Assembly (NCBI RefSeq): GCF_044704955.1
Contig: NC_091978.1
Location: 112,840,001 to 112,904,000 of the forward strand
Length of the DNA: 64,000 nucleotides
Source: Pristiophorus japonicus
Taxonomy: Eukaryota
Direction: 5' to 3'
Shown: in pieces, positions 50,554-62,467 of the stretch
Position numbering within the stretch: the first letter of the stretch is position 1
Layout of the letters: every line of letters starts with the position of its first letter
Translations under genes and position numbers: made by a program
Notes under the pieces: generated by a model
Seen by the model: only the letters and a program-made list of their open reading frames with translations
The model's database searches: none
What the model was told of the DNA's origin: nothing

Positions 50554-51758
50554 CCATTACAGACCCAATCCATGTCCGGACCGGGGTCAAATAGGGCTGC
50601 GTCATCGCGCCAACCCTCTTCTCAATCTTCCTCGCTGCCATGCTCCACCTCACACTCAACAAGCTGGAGTGGAGTTAAACTACAGAACCAGCGGGAACCT
50701 GTTCAAACTTCATCGTCTCCAGGTCAAATCCAAGACCATCCTAACCTCTGTCGTCGAGCTACAGTACGCGGACGATACCCGTGCCTGCGCACATACAGAG
50801 GCTGAACTCCAAGTCATAGTCAATATATTCACTGAGCCGTACGAAAGCATGGGCTTTACACTAAACATCCGTAAGACAAAGGTTCTCCACTAACCTGTCC
50901 TCAGCGCACAGCACTGGCCCCCAGTCATCAAGATCCACGGCGCGGCCCTGGACAACGTGGACTATTTCCCATACCTCGGGAGCCTCTTATCAACAAGGGC
51001 AGACATTGACGACGAGATTCAACACCGCCTTTGGCCGCCTGAGGAAAAGAGTGTTCGAAGACCAGGCCCTCAAATCTGCCACCAAGCTCATGGTCTAAAG
51101 GGCTGTAGTAATACCCGCCCTCCTATATGGCTCAGAGACATGGACCATGTACAGTAGACACCTCAAGTCGCTTGAGAAATATCACCAACGATGTCTCCGC
51201 AAGATCCTACAAATCCCCTGGGAGGACAGACGCACCAACATGAGTGTCCTCGACCACGCCAACATCCCCAGCATTGAAGCACTGACCACATTTGATCAGC
51301 TCCGCTGGGCAGGCCACATAGTTCGCATGCCAGACACGAGACTCCCAAAGCAAGCGCTCTACTCAGAACTTCTTCACGGAAAATAAGCCAAAGGTGGGCA
51401 AAGGAAACATTTCAAGGACATCCTCAAAGCCTCCTTGATAAAGTGCAATATCCCCACTGACACCTGGGAGTCCCTGATCAAAGACTGCTCTTCTGCCCTT
51501 AGTGGAGGAAGTGCATCCGGGAGAGCGCTGAGCACCTTGAGTCTCATCGGTGAGTGCATGCAGAAAACAAGCGCAGGCAGCGGAAAGAATGTGCGGCAAG
51601 CCTGTCCCACCCACCCTTACCCTCAATGACTGTCTGTCCCACTTGTGACAGGGACTGTGGTTCTCTGATTGGACTGTTCAGCCACCTAAGAACTAATTTT
51701 TAGAGTGGAAGTAAGTCTTCCTCGATTCCGAGGGACTGCCTATGATGATGATGATGAT
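50554..51758 (+). mobile_element. RTE-clade LINE, 5'-truncated
   Basis: Same family as 30362-31773 (ELQYADD, FPYLGS, LRWAGH). Ends in (GAT)5. Confidence 0.92.
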
Positions 51759-51902
51759 TAGCTTCCCATTCTAAGCAAGCCTATTGCGCAGGCGCAGACC
51801 AGGGTGTGGTCCATACTAGGGCGTCCACCTGGAGAGAGAAAGGAAAGAAGGTGTGTGTTTTGTCCTGCTGTTTTGAGCCTCTTGCAAAACATCAATTAAA
51901 TT

Positions 51903-53107
51903 ATGGGGCAATATTGACAATGACATACCTCATGCAAGCCTTCTGCATGATGGTGCTGCGGAGGAGAAGATTGATTAGGCATCATCACCTGAGGAACCTC
52001 AGAGCACGTAGGATGATGGACAGGAGGCCTTACCCACATCGGGTATATCGAGACAGCCATTCATACCTGCACCTGAGTGATGCAGACTGTGTGAGAAGGC
52101 TGCGTTTCCACAAAGAAGTTGTAACCAAGATCTGTGAGTTAATAAAAACAGACCTGCATCCTAGAAGCATCAGGAGGCCTGTTTTACCATCTGAAGTAAA
52201 GGTTATAGCTGCGCTTTCATTTTATGCATCTGGATCATTCCAGGCCAAAGCTGGGGATGTGTGCACCATTTCTCAACATGCAACACATATCTGCATTTGG
52301 CAGGTGACTGTTGCAGTATATGCCCACAGGAATGATTACATAATGCTCCCAATGACCGCCCAGGCAATGCGTAACAGGGCTGTCGGATTCTCCAGGATTG
52401 CTGGCTTCCCCAAGCTACAGGGATGCATTGATTGTACCCACATCACCTTGCAAGCACCTTTGGAGGATTCCGAGATGTACAGGAACAGAAAAGGCTTCCA
52501 CTCCGTGAATGTGTAGCTCATGTGTGACAACATGCATCGTATTATGGCAGTTGATGCGTGATACCCTGGGAGCACCCATGATGTGTTCATCCTATGCGAG
52601 AGTTCTATATCTGCCATGTTTCAGCAGCAGCCAGAAGGGCAGATTTGGCTGCTCGGGGACAAAGGGTACGGCCTCACCACCTGGATCATGACGCCCCTAC
52701 ACGTGACACGGACAGAAGTTGACCGGGAATACAACATGTCACACATTGTGACGTGCAGAATAATATAGAGGCCTATTGGCATCTTGAAGCAGCGTTTCCG
52801 ATGCCTGGAACATTCCGGAGGCTGCTTGTAATACTCCCCTGAAATTGTCAGTCAGTTCAATGTTGTGTGCTGCATGCTGCATAACTTCGCCATCATGAGG
52901 CAGCAGCAGCTGGTAGTAGAAGACCCACCCGAGGGGAGAGTAGCTCATGATGAGGAAGAAGATGCAGATGACGAGGAGGAGGACGAGGAAGCCATGCACA
53001 TACCTGAACCCGAAGCACGATGGTGGAGAAGGGCGGGCTGTCTTGCCTCGTTAACGATTGCTCAAGCATTGCGCCAGCAACTCATCCATGAACGCTTTGC
53101 TGCCTGA
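51903..53107 (+). pseudogene. Harbinger DDE transposase (HARBI1-like), in-frame stops
   Basis: CVRRLRF, LSFYASGSFQ, GCIDCTH, YRNRKGFHSVNV, LLGDKGY, IGILKQRFRCL, CCMLHNF and an acidic C-terminus. Confidence 0.9.
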
Positions 53108-53157
53108 AGGCTCACCGGCAACTATTACAAATGGGGTATGTTACTGTGTTGTGTTAG

Positions 53158-53815
53158 TGGAAGCGCTCTACTTGGAACTCCTTCATGGCAAACGAGCCAA
53201 AGATGGACAGAGGAAACGTTACAAGGACACCCTCAAAGCCTCCCTGATAAAGTGCGGCATCCCCAACCGACACCTGGGTGTCCCTGGCCAGAGACCACCC
53301 TAAGTGGAGGAAGTGCATCCGGGAGGGCGCTGAGCGCCTCGAGTATCATCGCCGAGTGCATGCAGAAAACAAACGCAGGCAGCGGAAGGAACGCATGACA
53401 AACCTGTCCCACCCTCCCTTACCCTCAATGACTGTCTGTCCCACCTGTGGCAGGGACTGTGGCTCTCGTGTTGGACTGTTCAGCCACCTAAGGACTCATT
53501 CTAAGAGTGGAAGCAAGTCTTCCTCGATTCCGAGGGACTGCCCATGATGATGAGGTCTGTGCAGCAGAGCAGGTCTCCAGTTCGTCTTTGTTAATCCTTG
53601 CCACTGGACCAAGACCCAGCTCTGTCAAGCCCGTGTGGTGGCTGGTGTGCAACGGCCACTACACGTTAAAAAAAATCCACACACAGGCGGCTTCCACCCT
53701 TCAGGATGTAGTTCCGGATCCGGAATATCATTGAAACACCTGTGAACGCATTCCTTTTCGACGTGGAAGCAAGTCATCCTCGTTTCAAGGGATTGCTTAT
53801 AATGATGATAATAAT
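53158..53815 (+). mobile_element. RTE LINE 3' fragment(s) inserted inside the Harbinger
   Basis: ALYLELLHGKRAK...CPTCGRDCGSRVGLFSHLRTH and a TGATGATGA tail near 53545. A second related terminus (GTGGAAGCAAGTCATCCTCG...TGATGAT) lies at 53763-53810. Confidence 0.85.
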
Positions 53816-54129
53816 GGAACAAATAATGTAAATGATTCTTCTTTAGTTCAAAAAGTTGTGTTAATAATGGAATAAATAATGTAAATGATTCAGTTATAAT
53901 TTAAAATATATTTTATTCAAAAGTTTAACACTTGTTTGTACATAACTCCAATAAAAATATTCTTGTATCAAACTTTAAAGTATTCAGTTACGATCACTTA
54001 CAAACTTTTAAACTTGTAAATTTCCATCACTTACAAAAACTTTGAATTTGAGAACAGTTACAACAATAATAATAATAACAACAATAACAAAAACAACAAC
54101 AATAACAGCAGCAGCAAAGAAAGGCTGCA

Positions 54130-55833
54130 CCTATCTCTCCTCCACCTTATTCTAAGACTGCCCGCTGCACTTGGGCTTGGTGACTCCACCCCTGCCCGCA
54201 GGTGGTGGAGCAACATTTCTCAGGTTGGTACCAAGCTTAGTCTTTCATGCATCTCGGGTAATACATCTCGGTTAATGCGCACTTCTTGATGGGGGGGGAG
54301 AGGGGTTGGGGTGGGGGCATGGGCAGGGGGTAATGCGGAAGGCCCAGCTTGGGCCTCCTCAGAGGTTGGTCTGCGGATTGGAGTGGGAGTGTCAGTTTAT
54401 TCCGTCAATGGCCGCGGGGTCTATGCATGTTCTATTATTGCCGCAGCTACCTCCGACCTTCCCTCCCTCATGTGCCCCGACAGCATCTCAGCTACCTTGC
54501 AACATTCCCTCCCTCATCTTCACCGACAATGTATCAGCTACCTGCGACATTCCATCCCTAATGTGCCCGGACAGTGTTTGCATTTCTTGTGAGAGTATTG
54601 TTACTTCTCCCAACAGCCTCGATATCTCATCATCCACCCCACTGATGGTGTCCAGGAGTGATCGCGTAAGGTCGATGCTCTCCCCACTCATTGCCATCAT
54701 CTGAACCACATCTGCTACATCCTGAACCTCAGGAGAGCGCTATTGAGCTCTCCTACCCCTCCTCACCCTGGGTGTGGATCGCTGCATCCCACTGGGACCC
54801 TCAGCCTCAGACGGTGGGGCCCTGGGTGTGGGTTGCTGCACCCCACTGGAACCCGCAACCTGTGCGAAACCATGAAATGTCCCAACACTCTTGCCACTCA
54901 GGAAAGGGGATGGCACCTCAATGAGTGGCACCAGCACCTCCTCCAGAGTGAGTACAATTGTGGGGGCTTCATCCTCCCCCTCCCCCTCACCCCCATGCTC
55001 TTGGTCTGGAAGGTGGGATTGGAAGATGTTCTCCTCTTCAGGCTCGTCCACTTCTGAATCTTCTTCTGCATCGGCTTCAGCCTCATCAGGGTTGGCCTCA
55101 AGTTCTGCCAAATATAACAGAACAGACAAATGGTTAGCAGCAGAGGAGGGGCAGGGTGGCATGAGTAGGCACACACAGCGCAGGCAGCAGGCTCATTTGA
55201 AGGACCACGATGAATGTTAGCACATTGCATCAACCGAAGCGTAGCTGACGGAAACATCCCCATGAATCGAAGCATGGCTAGCCCATGCAGTACTTAACAT
55301 TTAGCAAAGGCAGACTGTGGAATTTGCAGGACTTACCCTCTCCCTCGAGTGTAGCTTGTGCAGTGGTGGTTGCTTTTCTCCAGGCAGGACCCATCAAAGC
55401 AACGACCTTGTCTTCCAAGGGTGTCAGTGGGTGCAGATTTGCCGGGCCTCCTCCTGTTCGATTTCTTTCCCTTTTGTTGTGTGCCACCTTTTTCTGCAAA
55501 GATGAAAATGCAACTTTTTAGAGAGGGTGTCTTTCTGCTGAGTGGGACATATACATATGGTCACATTTACAATTGCAATTCCAGTGAATAAATGAAAATA
55601 TTACTTACACTAATTACTTGACCAAAGTCCTGCCACTTCTTTTTGCACCTCGGGGTGGTCACCATTGCACAGTAATCTTGTGAAAGTTGGTTCCAGCGTT
55701 TCTTCATTTATTTTGGTGAAACTTTTATGTGATCTCTGCTGGTGTCCAGCTTGTGCCATCTGGCCTCAATTACAGTAACTAGTGCCTCCACTTCATCTTG
55801 TGAGAAATTCTTGGTCTTTGAGCCGCGTTGCAT
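54130..55833 (-). pseudogene. Harbinger Myb/SANT-like DNA-binding protein gene, three exons
   Basis: Exon 1 at 55833-55609 (MQRGSKTKNFSQDEVEALV...KKKWQDF|GTAAGT). Exon 2 at 55493-55337 (KKVAHNKRERNRTGGGP...|GTAAGT). Exon 3 starts at 55104 (acidic region, then coiled-coil-like). Frameshifts are present and the 3' end is approximate. Confidence 0.8.
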
Positions 55834-56648
55834 ATTGTATTGCAGCTCCGATTTTTTTCACTGAGAATTAAAATTCTCACACACCATTCCAAGTTCTCAC
55901 ACACAATTGGCTCTTTAAAAATGACTGAATGCAGACTGGGAGGTGTACTGGGCATCCGCGCCCATAGCAGTCACGTCAAAAACGTTATTTTATTTTACAC
56001 GCATGTGCAAAGGTGGGGCATCCTTTTTACGGCACAGACATTCGGCTCCATGCCCCAAAGCTAAAGGACAGGCTGCGCGGTGCTAATTTCAAAAATTACA
56101 ATGGGGAAACTTTCAGGTTTTTTTTTTGGTGTAGTCGGGGCCAAAAAAACCAGGCGGAAGTCTTGAAATAAACCAAAAAACGGCATTGGGGAAAATTGAG
56201 CCCATTATCTCAGTCGGATTGTGTGAGGGATATGTCAAGCAGAGGCAAGGTAGTTCCCCAGAGGAAGGAAGAGAAGTTGTAATGATAAGTATTTGCTAAC
56301 ACTGCTTCATTCACAGCATGCCATCAACTTATTCCATGTGACTATAGCAATAGTCTCCAGGTCACTGTCACGGCTGAAAGGTAGGTGCTTACATTCCCAC
56401 ATATCGTTCAGTTCAATACCTAGAGGCACAGACAGAAGCCGAGGAACAAGTAGCCAGGCAACTTTCCTGACGGAGGAATAAGCTGTAGCACAGATAATCC
56501 CTCAAGTGAGGAACAAAAGAATGACCTTAAAAACAAAGGGAGAAATTAGTGGCAAATAAAGTCAAAAAATTAATTCTGTATTATCTCATAATTAATACAA
56601 TTATTTTGTTGAAGCAATTAATTAACATGTTTTTTGTTCTTCTTAAAG

Positions 56649-56729
56649 CAAAATGATGATTGTATGACATCAGGACCAAACAATGTGAGCTGTAAAGTAG
56701 GATACCCTTTCCTTACACCTGGAGCAGAG
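56649..56729 (+). CDS. ITGA1: Integrin alpha-1-like exon (81 nt)
   Basis: cttaaAG|CAA...GAG|GTAAGA, phase 0/0. Encodes QNDDCMTSGPNNVSCKVGYPFLTPGAE, similar to ITGA1 NITCKVGYPFL. Confidence 0.95.
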
Positions 56730-56915
56730 GTAAGAATTGTTCGGTTTGATATCTAGAAGATAGTTTATTACTTCTTTTAAAAACAAGACAATAATTTGAA
56801 TTATCTAATTCTCAGCAGTTTTAATGAATCACTGGGATTTTTAAACATTTTCCTGTTCACAAGCACTTGGTTCATTGATGGTTCAGGAGTTTGCCTGCAT
56901 TTTATGACATTTACA

Positions 56916-57666
56916 GAGGGAGAAATTCGGTATCGCCCCGTTTGGGGCGTTAATTTTTAAGATCTAGAAAAATTAGTGGCAGGCGATAATGATTCTCAGC
57001 CTTCTCTAAATTGGGCGTTCGCGCTCCAGAAAGGAAGTGGAGTGCTAAAACAAGTACTACCACTTCCCTTGGAGCACTAAACCACACAGGTGGAGCGGTA
57101 GTGATGCAGTGCTACACAATGTCCCATGCAGCGCTGTCGAGATCCGAGGCTCCTTCCCTCCATTAAAGGGAAGGGCTATCGCAGCAGGCTCTGCATAGGG
57201 ACCAGTGAGCTCGTCACCGACGGTAGACGCGATCTGGCCCAATCAGCCCCAAGCACTCCATCAGAGTAACGGGCTGATCGATCACGGCCGAAGAAAATTC
57301 GGAAAAATTGCCATTATACATTCGCAGTAATTTTTTCTTTGCCACCCCAACATCCCCTTTAACTTGCGCCCCCCCAAGCTCCCGGTCTCCCAAATGACGC
57401 GTCCTGCAGCTGTCTGTGTTGTTGCCTGGCGATGCTGCAGGGAGCGGAATCGAAGTTCAGGCCCAGGGCGATGCATAGGACGATGATGTCTCGATCTCCG
57501 GGCGCAGGATCGTTGCGCTAGGGTTACCGCCACCGCAAACTACTCAGCCAATTTAGCAGGAGTCATTTCTTTCGCCGTGCCTGGTCGGTAAGTCGTTAGC
57601 TCCCCGTTATCACCCGCCCCTCCGGAGGTGATGATGGGAGGCACAAAGGAGGCCAATTTCTAGGCC
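56916..57666. mobile_element. PIF/Harbinger-type MITE
   Basis: TIRs GAGGGAGAAATT / AATTTCTAGGCC with flanks ACA/ATA. Internally related, in inverted orientation, to 58856-59602. Confidence 0.7.
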
Positions 57667-58526
57667 ATAGATGTTATTTTTACTTATTATCACAAAATTT
57701 GGATTAAAACTTTTCTGGATTTGTTTTGGTTAAAGAAAATATAGAATGTTGGGCAGTGCTTTTGTTGTCCTTCTGTGGATGAATCTACAGTATCAGATTA
57801 AGTGACTATATTTTTATATAATGCAGTTTATGCATATGATAATGTCAATACTTCTTGTGTTCACTATTTACATGGAGTGTGGAGTGTGTTCTTTATTATC
57901 AATTGCATGTTCTGATCTCCAGTGTTTCTGGAACGTTACATATATCTTTCTCCCTCCTGATGTAGTGTGATAGCAATTCATCATTGTAGACTGCTTTGCT
58001 TCTAACTTACTCCCAGAGTGGGTTTGTTCTACACTGATAAGGATTTGGAGCTCTTAGAACATTTACACTGGCATTCCCAGATTAGTTTGCTCTGAATTCT
58101 GATTCACCACAGGCAAACTTTAATTTACAGTTAGCCATGTTTATCTGTAGTAGATTGAAAACAAATTGTTACAGACATATTACATCAATTAACAGTTTTC
58201 TGTTTGTCTAATACAAAGGACTGCAAGTTAAAATTAGGAAATTGGGAGCCAGAAGGGAAATCAACTGGAATTGTTTTTAAACACAAAACATAATGGAATT
58301 ACAGAATACTTTAATAGGGAAGACCAGGAGCAAATAGCATAAGTAGGTTCGAGATGCACTAACCCATATTTCTGGAGCGAAGAGATTGAGAAGTGATAGA
58401 TGGGGTTATGATCAATCAAATATGTACAGGCTTATTAGAATTAATGGCCATTAATGGCCTAGCTCTATTTCTTAATATATTAACTTTCTACTTTATCTCT
58501 TTTTTACTCTTCTGTCTCATTCTCAG

Positions 58527-58603
58527 GTTTCTTTTAAGATGAAATTCGAATTCAATACCTCTCATCTCCTTGGTGATGTTCACTTACACCTGGAGGCAAA
58601 CAG
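58527..58603 (+). CDS. ITGA1: Integrin alpha-1-like exon (77 nt)
   Basis: Long pyrimidine tract, ctcAG|GTT...AG|GTACAG, phase 0/2. Encodes VSFKMKFEFNTSHLLGDVHLHLEAN(S), similar to ITGA1 VTFKILFQFNTSYL. Confidence 0.95.
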
Positions 58604-58855
58604 GTACAGAAGAAGACTTCATAGTTTTGAAGAGCCTGGATTCAATTTTATGTCGCATTATTACAAAAATGTTATGCAGAACTGAGGATAGAAGTTTCTA
58701 TGTTAAAATCTATTAAATAAACAATGCCGATTTAATAAACTGTGCATACAGGAATGCGGACTCGAGGTCCGAGAAGAAAAAACAATATTATATTGCAATA
58801 CAAAGATTTAAAATGTAGCATTCTAGCAGAACCAGTTTAGGACTGTAGGAACTTA

Positions 58856-59602
58856 GGGGGAGAAATTGACCTCCTTTGCGCCTCCCGTTAGCACCTCCAG
58901 GGTGGTGATAACGGGGCGCTAATGGCTTACCAACCAGGCGCAGTGAAATTGCTGACACTTGCGAACTTGTATGGCCGATTAGCGCTTGCCCCAAAACTTA
59001 CCGCCTCGATCTCCTGCGCCCCAATGATTGTGATGTCATCCGGTGCACAGTGCCCCGTTATTGCCCCGGATCGTAAATTCGATTCCGCTCCCTGCAGCAT
59101 TGACAGGCATCAACAACTGCAGCTGCAGGAGGTGTTGTGACCTCGGCCAGCCGCTTGGGACCGGTAATTAAAGGCAATGTTGGTCAGGTAAGCCAAAATG
59201 TTATTATCACCCCAGTGTGCTGTCTTTTGAATTTCATTCATCCCACGATTGATCAGCCCTGCACTCTCGTAGAGTGCTTGGGGCTGCTCGTCGCGATTCG
59301 CAGATGCCGTCGTTGACCATTCCCAACCTTATTTTCAAATGACCTCAGCATTGGCCCTTCCCTTTAAGGGATGGATGGAGCCTGTGATTCTTGCTGCGCT
59401 TCACGGGACAAATTGCAGCGCTCTTCCGCTACCGCCTCTCTTACTCCGTTTAGCATTCCAAGGAAAGTGGTAGCACTTGATTTAGTGTTCCACATCCCTC
59501 CTGGAGCGCTAAAGTGGAAGTTCGAGTGGGATTCAAATGTGCAGTGCCCTACAATACTTTTGTGCTCCTGCAAAAGTTAGCGTCCCATTCAATTTCTAGC
59601 CC
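58856..59602. mobile_element. PIF/Harbinger-type MITE
   Basis: TIRs GGGGGAGAAATTG / CAATTTCTAGCCC with canonical TTA/TTA TSD. Confidence 0.8.
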
Positions 59603-59923
59603 TTAATATTTTAGATGAGACAGATCAGATTGACTATGCAAAGCTTTATATTGTGTAAAGTAAGAATTGACATTTGTTTTTAAAATTTAAATTGTGACTA
59701 GCACACAGCTCAGAATGTACCAAAACAAAACCAGAAAACATGGAGCTACTCAGCTGGTCAGATAGGATCTGTTGAGAAAACACGAGACATTTGATTCTAG
59801 GCTTATCAAGATAGCCTCATGTTGCTTGCCAAATTCCATGCTCCATCAGTTTGGTGGCCTCATTCTCCAGTTCAGCAAGTGCTGCATCAAAAGATTTGTC
59901 TTAAATGATATAAAAACCACATT

Positions 59924-60456
59924 GGGCTGGATTTTTGAGGGGTTTGCGACCAGGTTTTTGCCGTGTTTTGACTCTCCGTGGCGAAAACCCAGTCGCTAAG
60001 CCCAGTTGGGATCTGCGGTTCCTTGTTTGCAGCGACGATGGGAAGTACCACCGGGGAGAGCTGTGCTGGACGTGTAATGACTCAGATTGCTTTACCGTCC
60101 GAGTTTCGGCACTTGCCCGACCCGTATGCCGCCCCCAGAACAGCAAGACCTGCCAGCAGCGGTAAGTTAGAAAACCTGAAAAAAAGGTAAGTTAAAATTT
60201 TTTCGGTTTTGGTAATGTTTTTTGAATGGTTTTTTCCCCCTCCCAAGGCATCTCTTACAGCGCTCCCGAGACCACACTAAAGTTGTCGAGGATCGCATTT
60301 TGCACCGTGAATAATTGTGCAACGCCTCCCTTTGGGCCCTGGCGCAGACCCGAAAGGCCGAAAGTTCGGCCTAAAATCAGTAACACAGCGAAAACGGTAA
60401 TTTTTACGTACCGCTTATGTTTTCGCCCAAAAAACCAAAACCCGAAAATACAGCCT
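59924..60456. mobile_element. PIF/Harbinger-type MITE
   Basis: TIRs GGGCTGGATTTT / AAAATACAGCCT with TSD ATT/ATT. Confidence 0.75.
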
Positions 60457-60947
60457 ATTAAGCCGACGCAAGTTTGACTGAGCCATTACTTATTTCATTG
60501 TTGTATCTTGGTTTGAAATCTCCTTACCTGGTACTTTAAGTTAATATACAATAAGTTAATTTTTCAATCAAACATTTTGGTAAATGAACTAAAGCTGATT
60601 AATCACTTTAGAGTAGCCTACAAAACTAGTTTCAAATTTAAATTAGAATATTATTCAGATACTGCAATACTGCAATGTATTTATAATGAATTAGCTTTGC
60701 AAATCTAAGATAAAATGATACATTCTATTGAATCATCTATTGACTTTAATTTAAGTTATGAATTAGATCATAAACTGTACCGTATTTAATTTTAATTGGC
60801 CCTTAGAAAATAATATAATTGTCCTCTTATTGTCTTATTACCTTAAATGTTGAACCTTATTGAAATAACTAAAAGTGGTTTGATTTTATGTTAAAACTAC
60901 AGAAGACAAGATCCTTTGAAATATAAATTCTATTTTTAACATTTCAG

Positions 60948-61037
60948 TGACAGCAGTGAACTAAAAGAAACTTTAAGTGACAATGAAGTCACCATCTCAA
61001 TTCCAGTATTGTATGAAGCAGGGCTGCTCTTTTCAAG
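60948..61037 (+). CDS. ITGA1: Integrin alpha-1-like exon (90 nt)
   Basis: tttcAG|T...AG|GTAACA, phase 2/2. Encodes DSSELKETLSDNEVTISIPVLYEAGLLFS(R), similar to ITGA1 SDSEEPPETLSDNVVNISIPVKYEVGL. Confidence 0.95.
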
Positions 61038-61841
61038 GTAACATTTATTTCCAGATTGTGAAAGCAAGCTATAGTTACCCCTCTGCATCTACAGAGGCTA
61101 CATCAGTATAAGGTGTACATGAAAGCAAAAACAATTGCATATCATAAACATCTATCCCAAATTTGTCACATGGTGACTGCCTGTTGTGTGAATACTGCTT
61201 CCTACCTATGTTGGCAGTACAGTACATCAGTAGGACATCAACAAAGTATGATGTTTAATATTTGATACTCACATTATATATTGTTAAATATTTTAAAGTG
61301 TTTTTAGTTAACCTTTCTGAAATTTACCATTATATAAAGTTAGAAAAATATGTTTGCACAGAACAAATTTCCAACATGTAAAATGTACATTGACTCGTAC
61401 TGCATTGAACTGATAGAATAAGAATAATACCTACATTGTCACTATAGACAATGCTTGGAGGGATTATGTATAATGCACAAATCCATAACTGCCCATCTCT
61501 GACAGCATTGTAACCTCAATTACAAAACTGACTCCATGACTGCTGGAATTGTGTGAACTGTTACACAAGAATGTAACATACCTTATCATCAAGGCACAGT
61601 AACTTTGCCAATGTCACTGCAGTGTACAATAATGTGGGCTGTTGCTTTGCATTCATTTAAAAAATGTGTTAATTATATGATCATTATAGAAGATGGTACA
61701 TGGCTGTGATTTTACTATAAACGAGCGGCCTATTAAAGTGTCCTCATGACATGTGTTTTGTAGTCAAATCACTGACTGAAAGAGAAACAGAAGACATCTG
61801 CTGCTTTCTGTCACACAAGTGCTTTTTCTTCCTTGTCCCAG

Positions 61842-61944
61842 GATTATAAAGGATGACCATTTTAAAATAGCAGCCAATGATACAATTCCTGATGTTATTA
61901 AAAGCATTGAGGAGATTGGTGATGCAGTAGACATCAGTTATATG
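61842..61944 (+). CDS. ITGA1: Integrin alpha-1-like exon (103 nt, calf-2 start)
   Basis: cccAG|G...ATG|GTAAGC, phase 2/0. Encodes IIKDDHFKIAANDTIPDVIKSIEEIGDAVDISYM, similar to ITGA1 HISIAANETVPEVINSTEDIG. Confidence 0.95.
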
Positions 61945-62467
61945 GTAAGCAAAAGCAACATTTTCATTGAACAGAAGGTAAAGCCTTAACCAGAGATGAA
62001 ATTGAACACTCATTTGGTAGCAAGTTATTATCAATTGATTATCAATTCAGAATCCCATGTTTGCCCTGCCATCTCTTCAGCTGTTTGTCGAGTACCATAG
62101 TTAGCACTAAATATGCACTAAATATGGAAAGAGAATGCAATAAAGTTATACCAACTATTTTGCAGGAAGTTGGGGAAATGACTCAGATGTTATCAATATC
62201 AATGCTTTTTCCTGTGAAAACCCAATGGAGAGAAATTAACTGTAAAATTCAGGAAGCTTGTTGTATGGATGAGGGAGATAACCAATGCTAAAAAGTTTCC
62301 AGACATGGCCACAATTAATTTTTAAATGATTTGCATGGAATTGCCCTCCTTCTTGGTTGCCCCCCTCCCGGTCTCCTGTAAGGATCTATCTGAGGGCCAC
62401 TTTTGGTTTCACAGCGGCCTGATCTTCGAGTCTTCTTCTCCGGTGAGCTATCTGGGGAAGGACATTG

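Larger units (their letters stand above)
51759..56203. mobile_element. Autonomous-type Harbinger transposon (left end missing) with convergent transposase and Myb-like genes
   Basis: Transposase on the + strand, spliced Myb-like gene on the - strand, an AT-rich spacer with (AAT/AAC)n, and right TIR GGGGAAAATTGAGCCC at 56188-56203. Confidence 0.88.

Noticed and set aside
51903-53107. Domesticated HARBI1 host gene
   Set aside because: It has in-frame stops and lies inside a TIR-bearing element with its Myb partner.
11230-56203. Matching Harbinger TIRs 45 kb apart as one giant transposon carrying two exons
   Set aside because: Flanks differ (TGT versus ATT), so there is no TSD, and the exons are in normal order. 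Two independent partial copies explain it better.
62166-62291. Possible next ITGA1 exon (tttgcAG|EVGEMTQMLSISMLFPVKT...)
   Set aside because: Only faint similarity to ITGA1 LKLSISFPNMT, no credible donor, and it runs into a stop. The real next exon is probably beyond the window.
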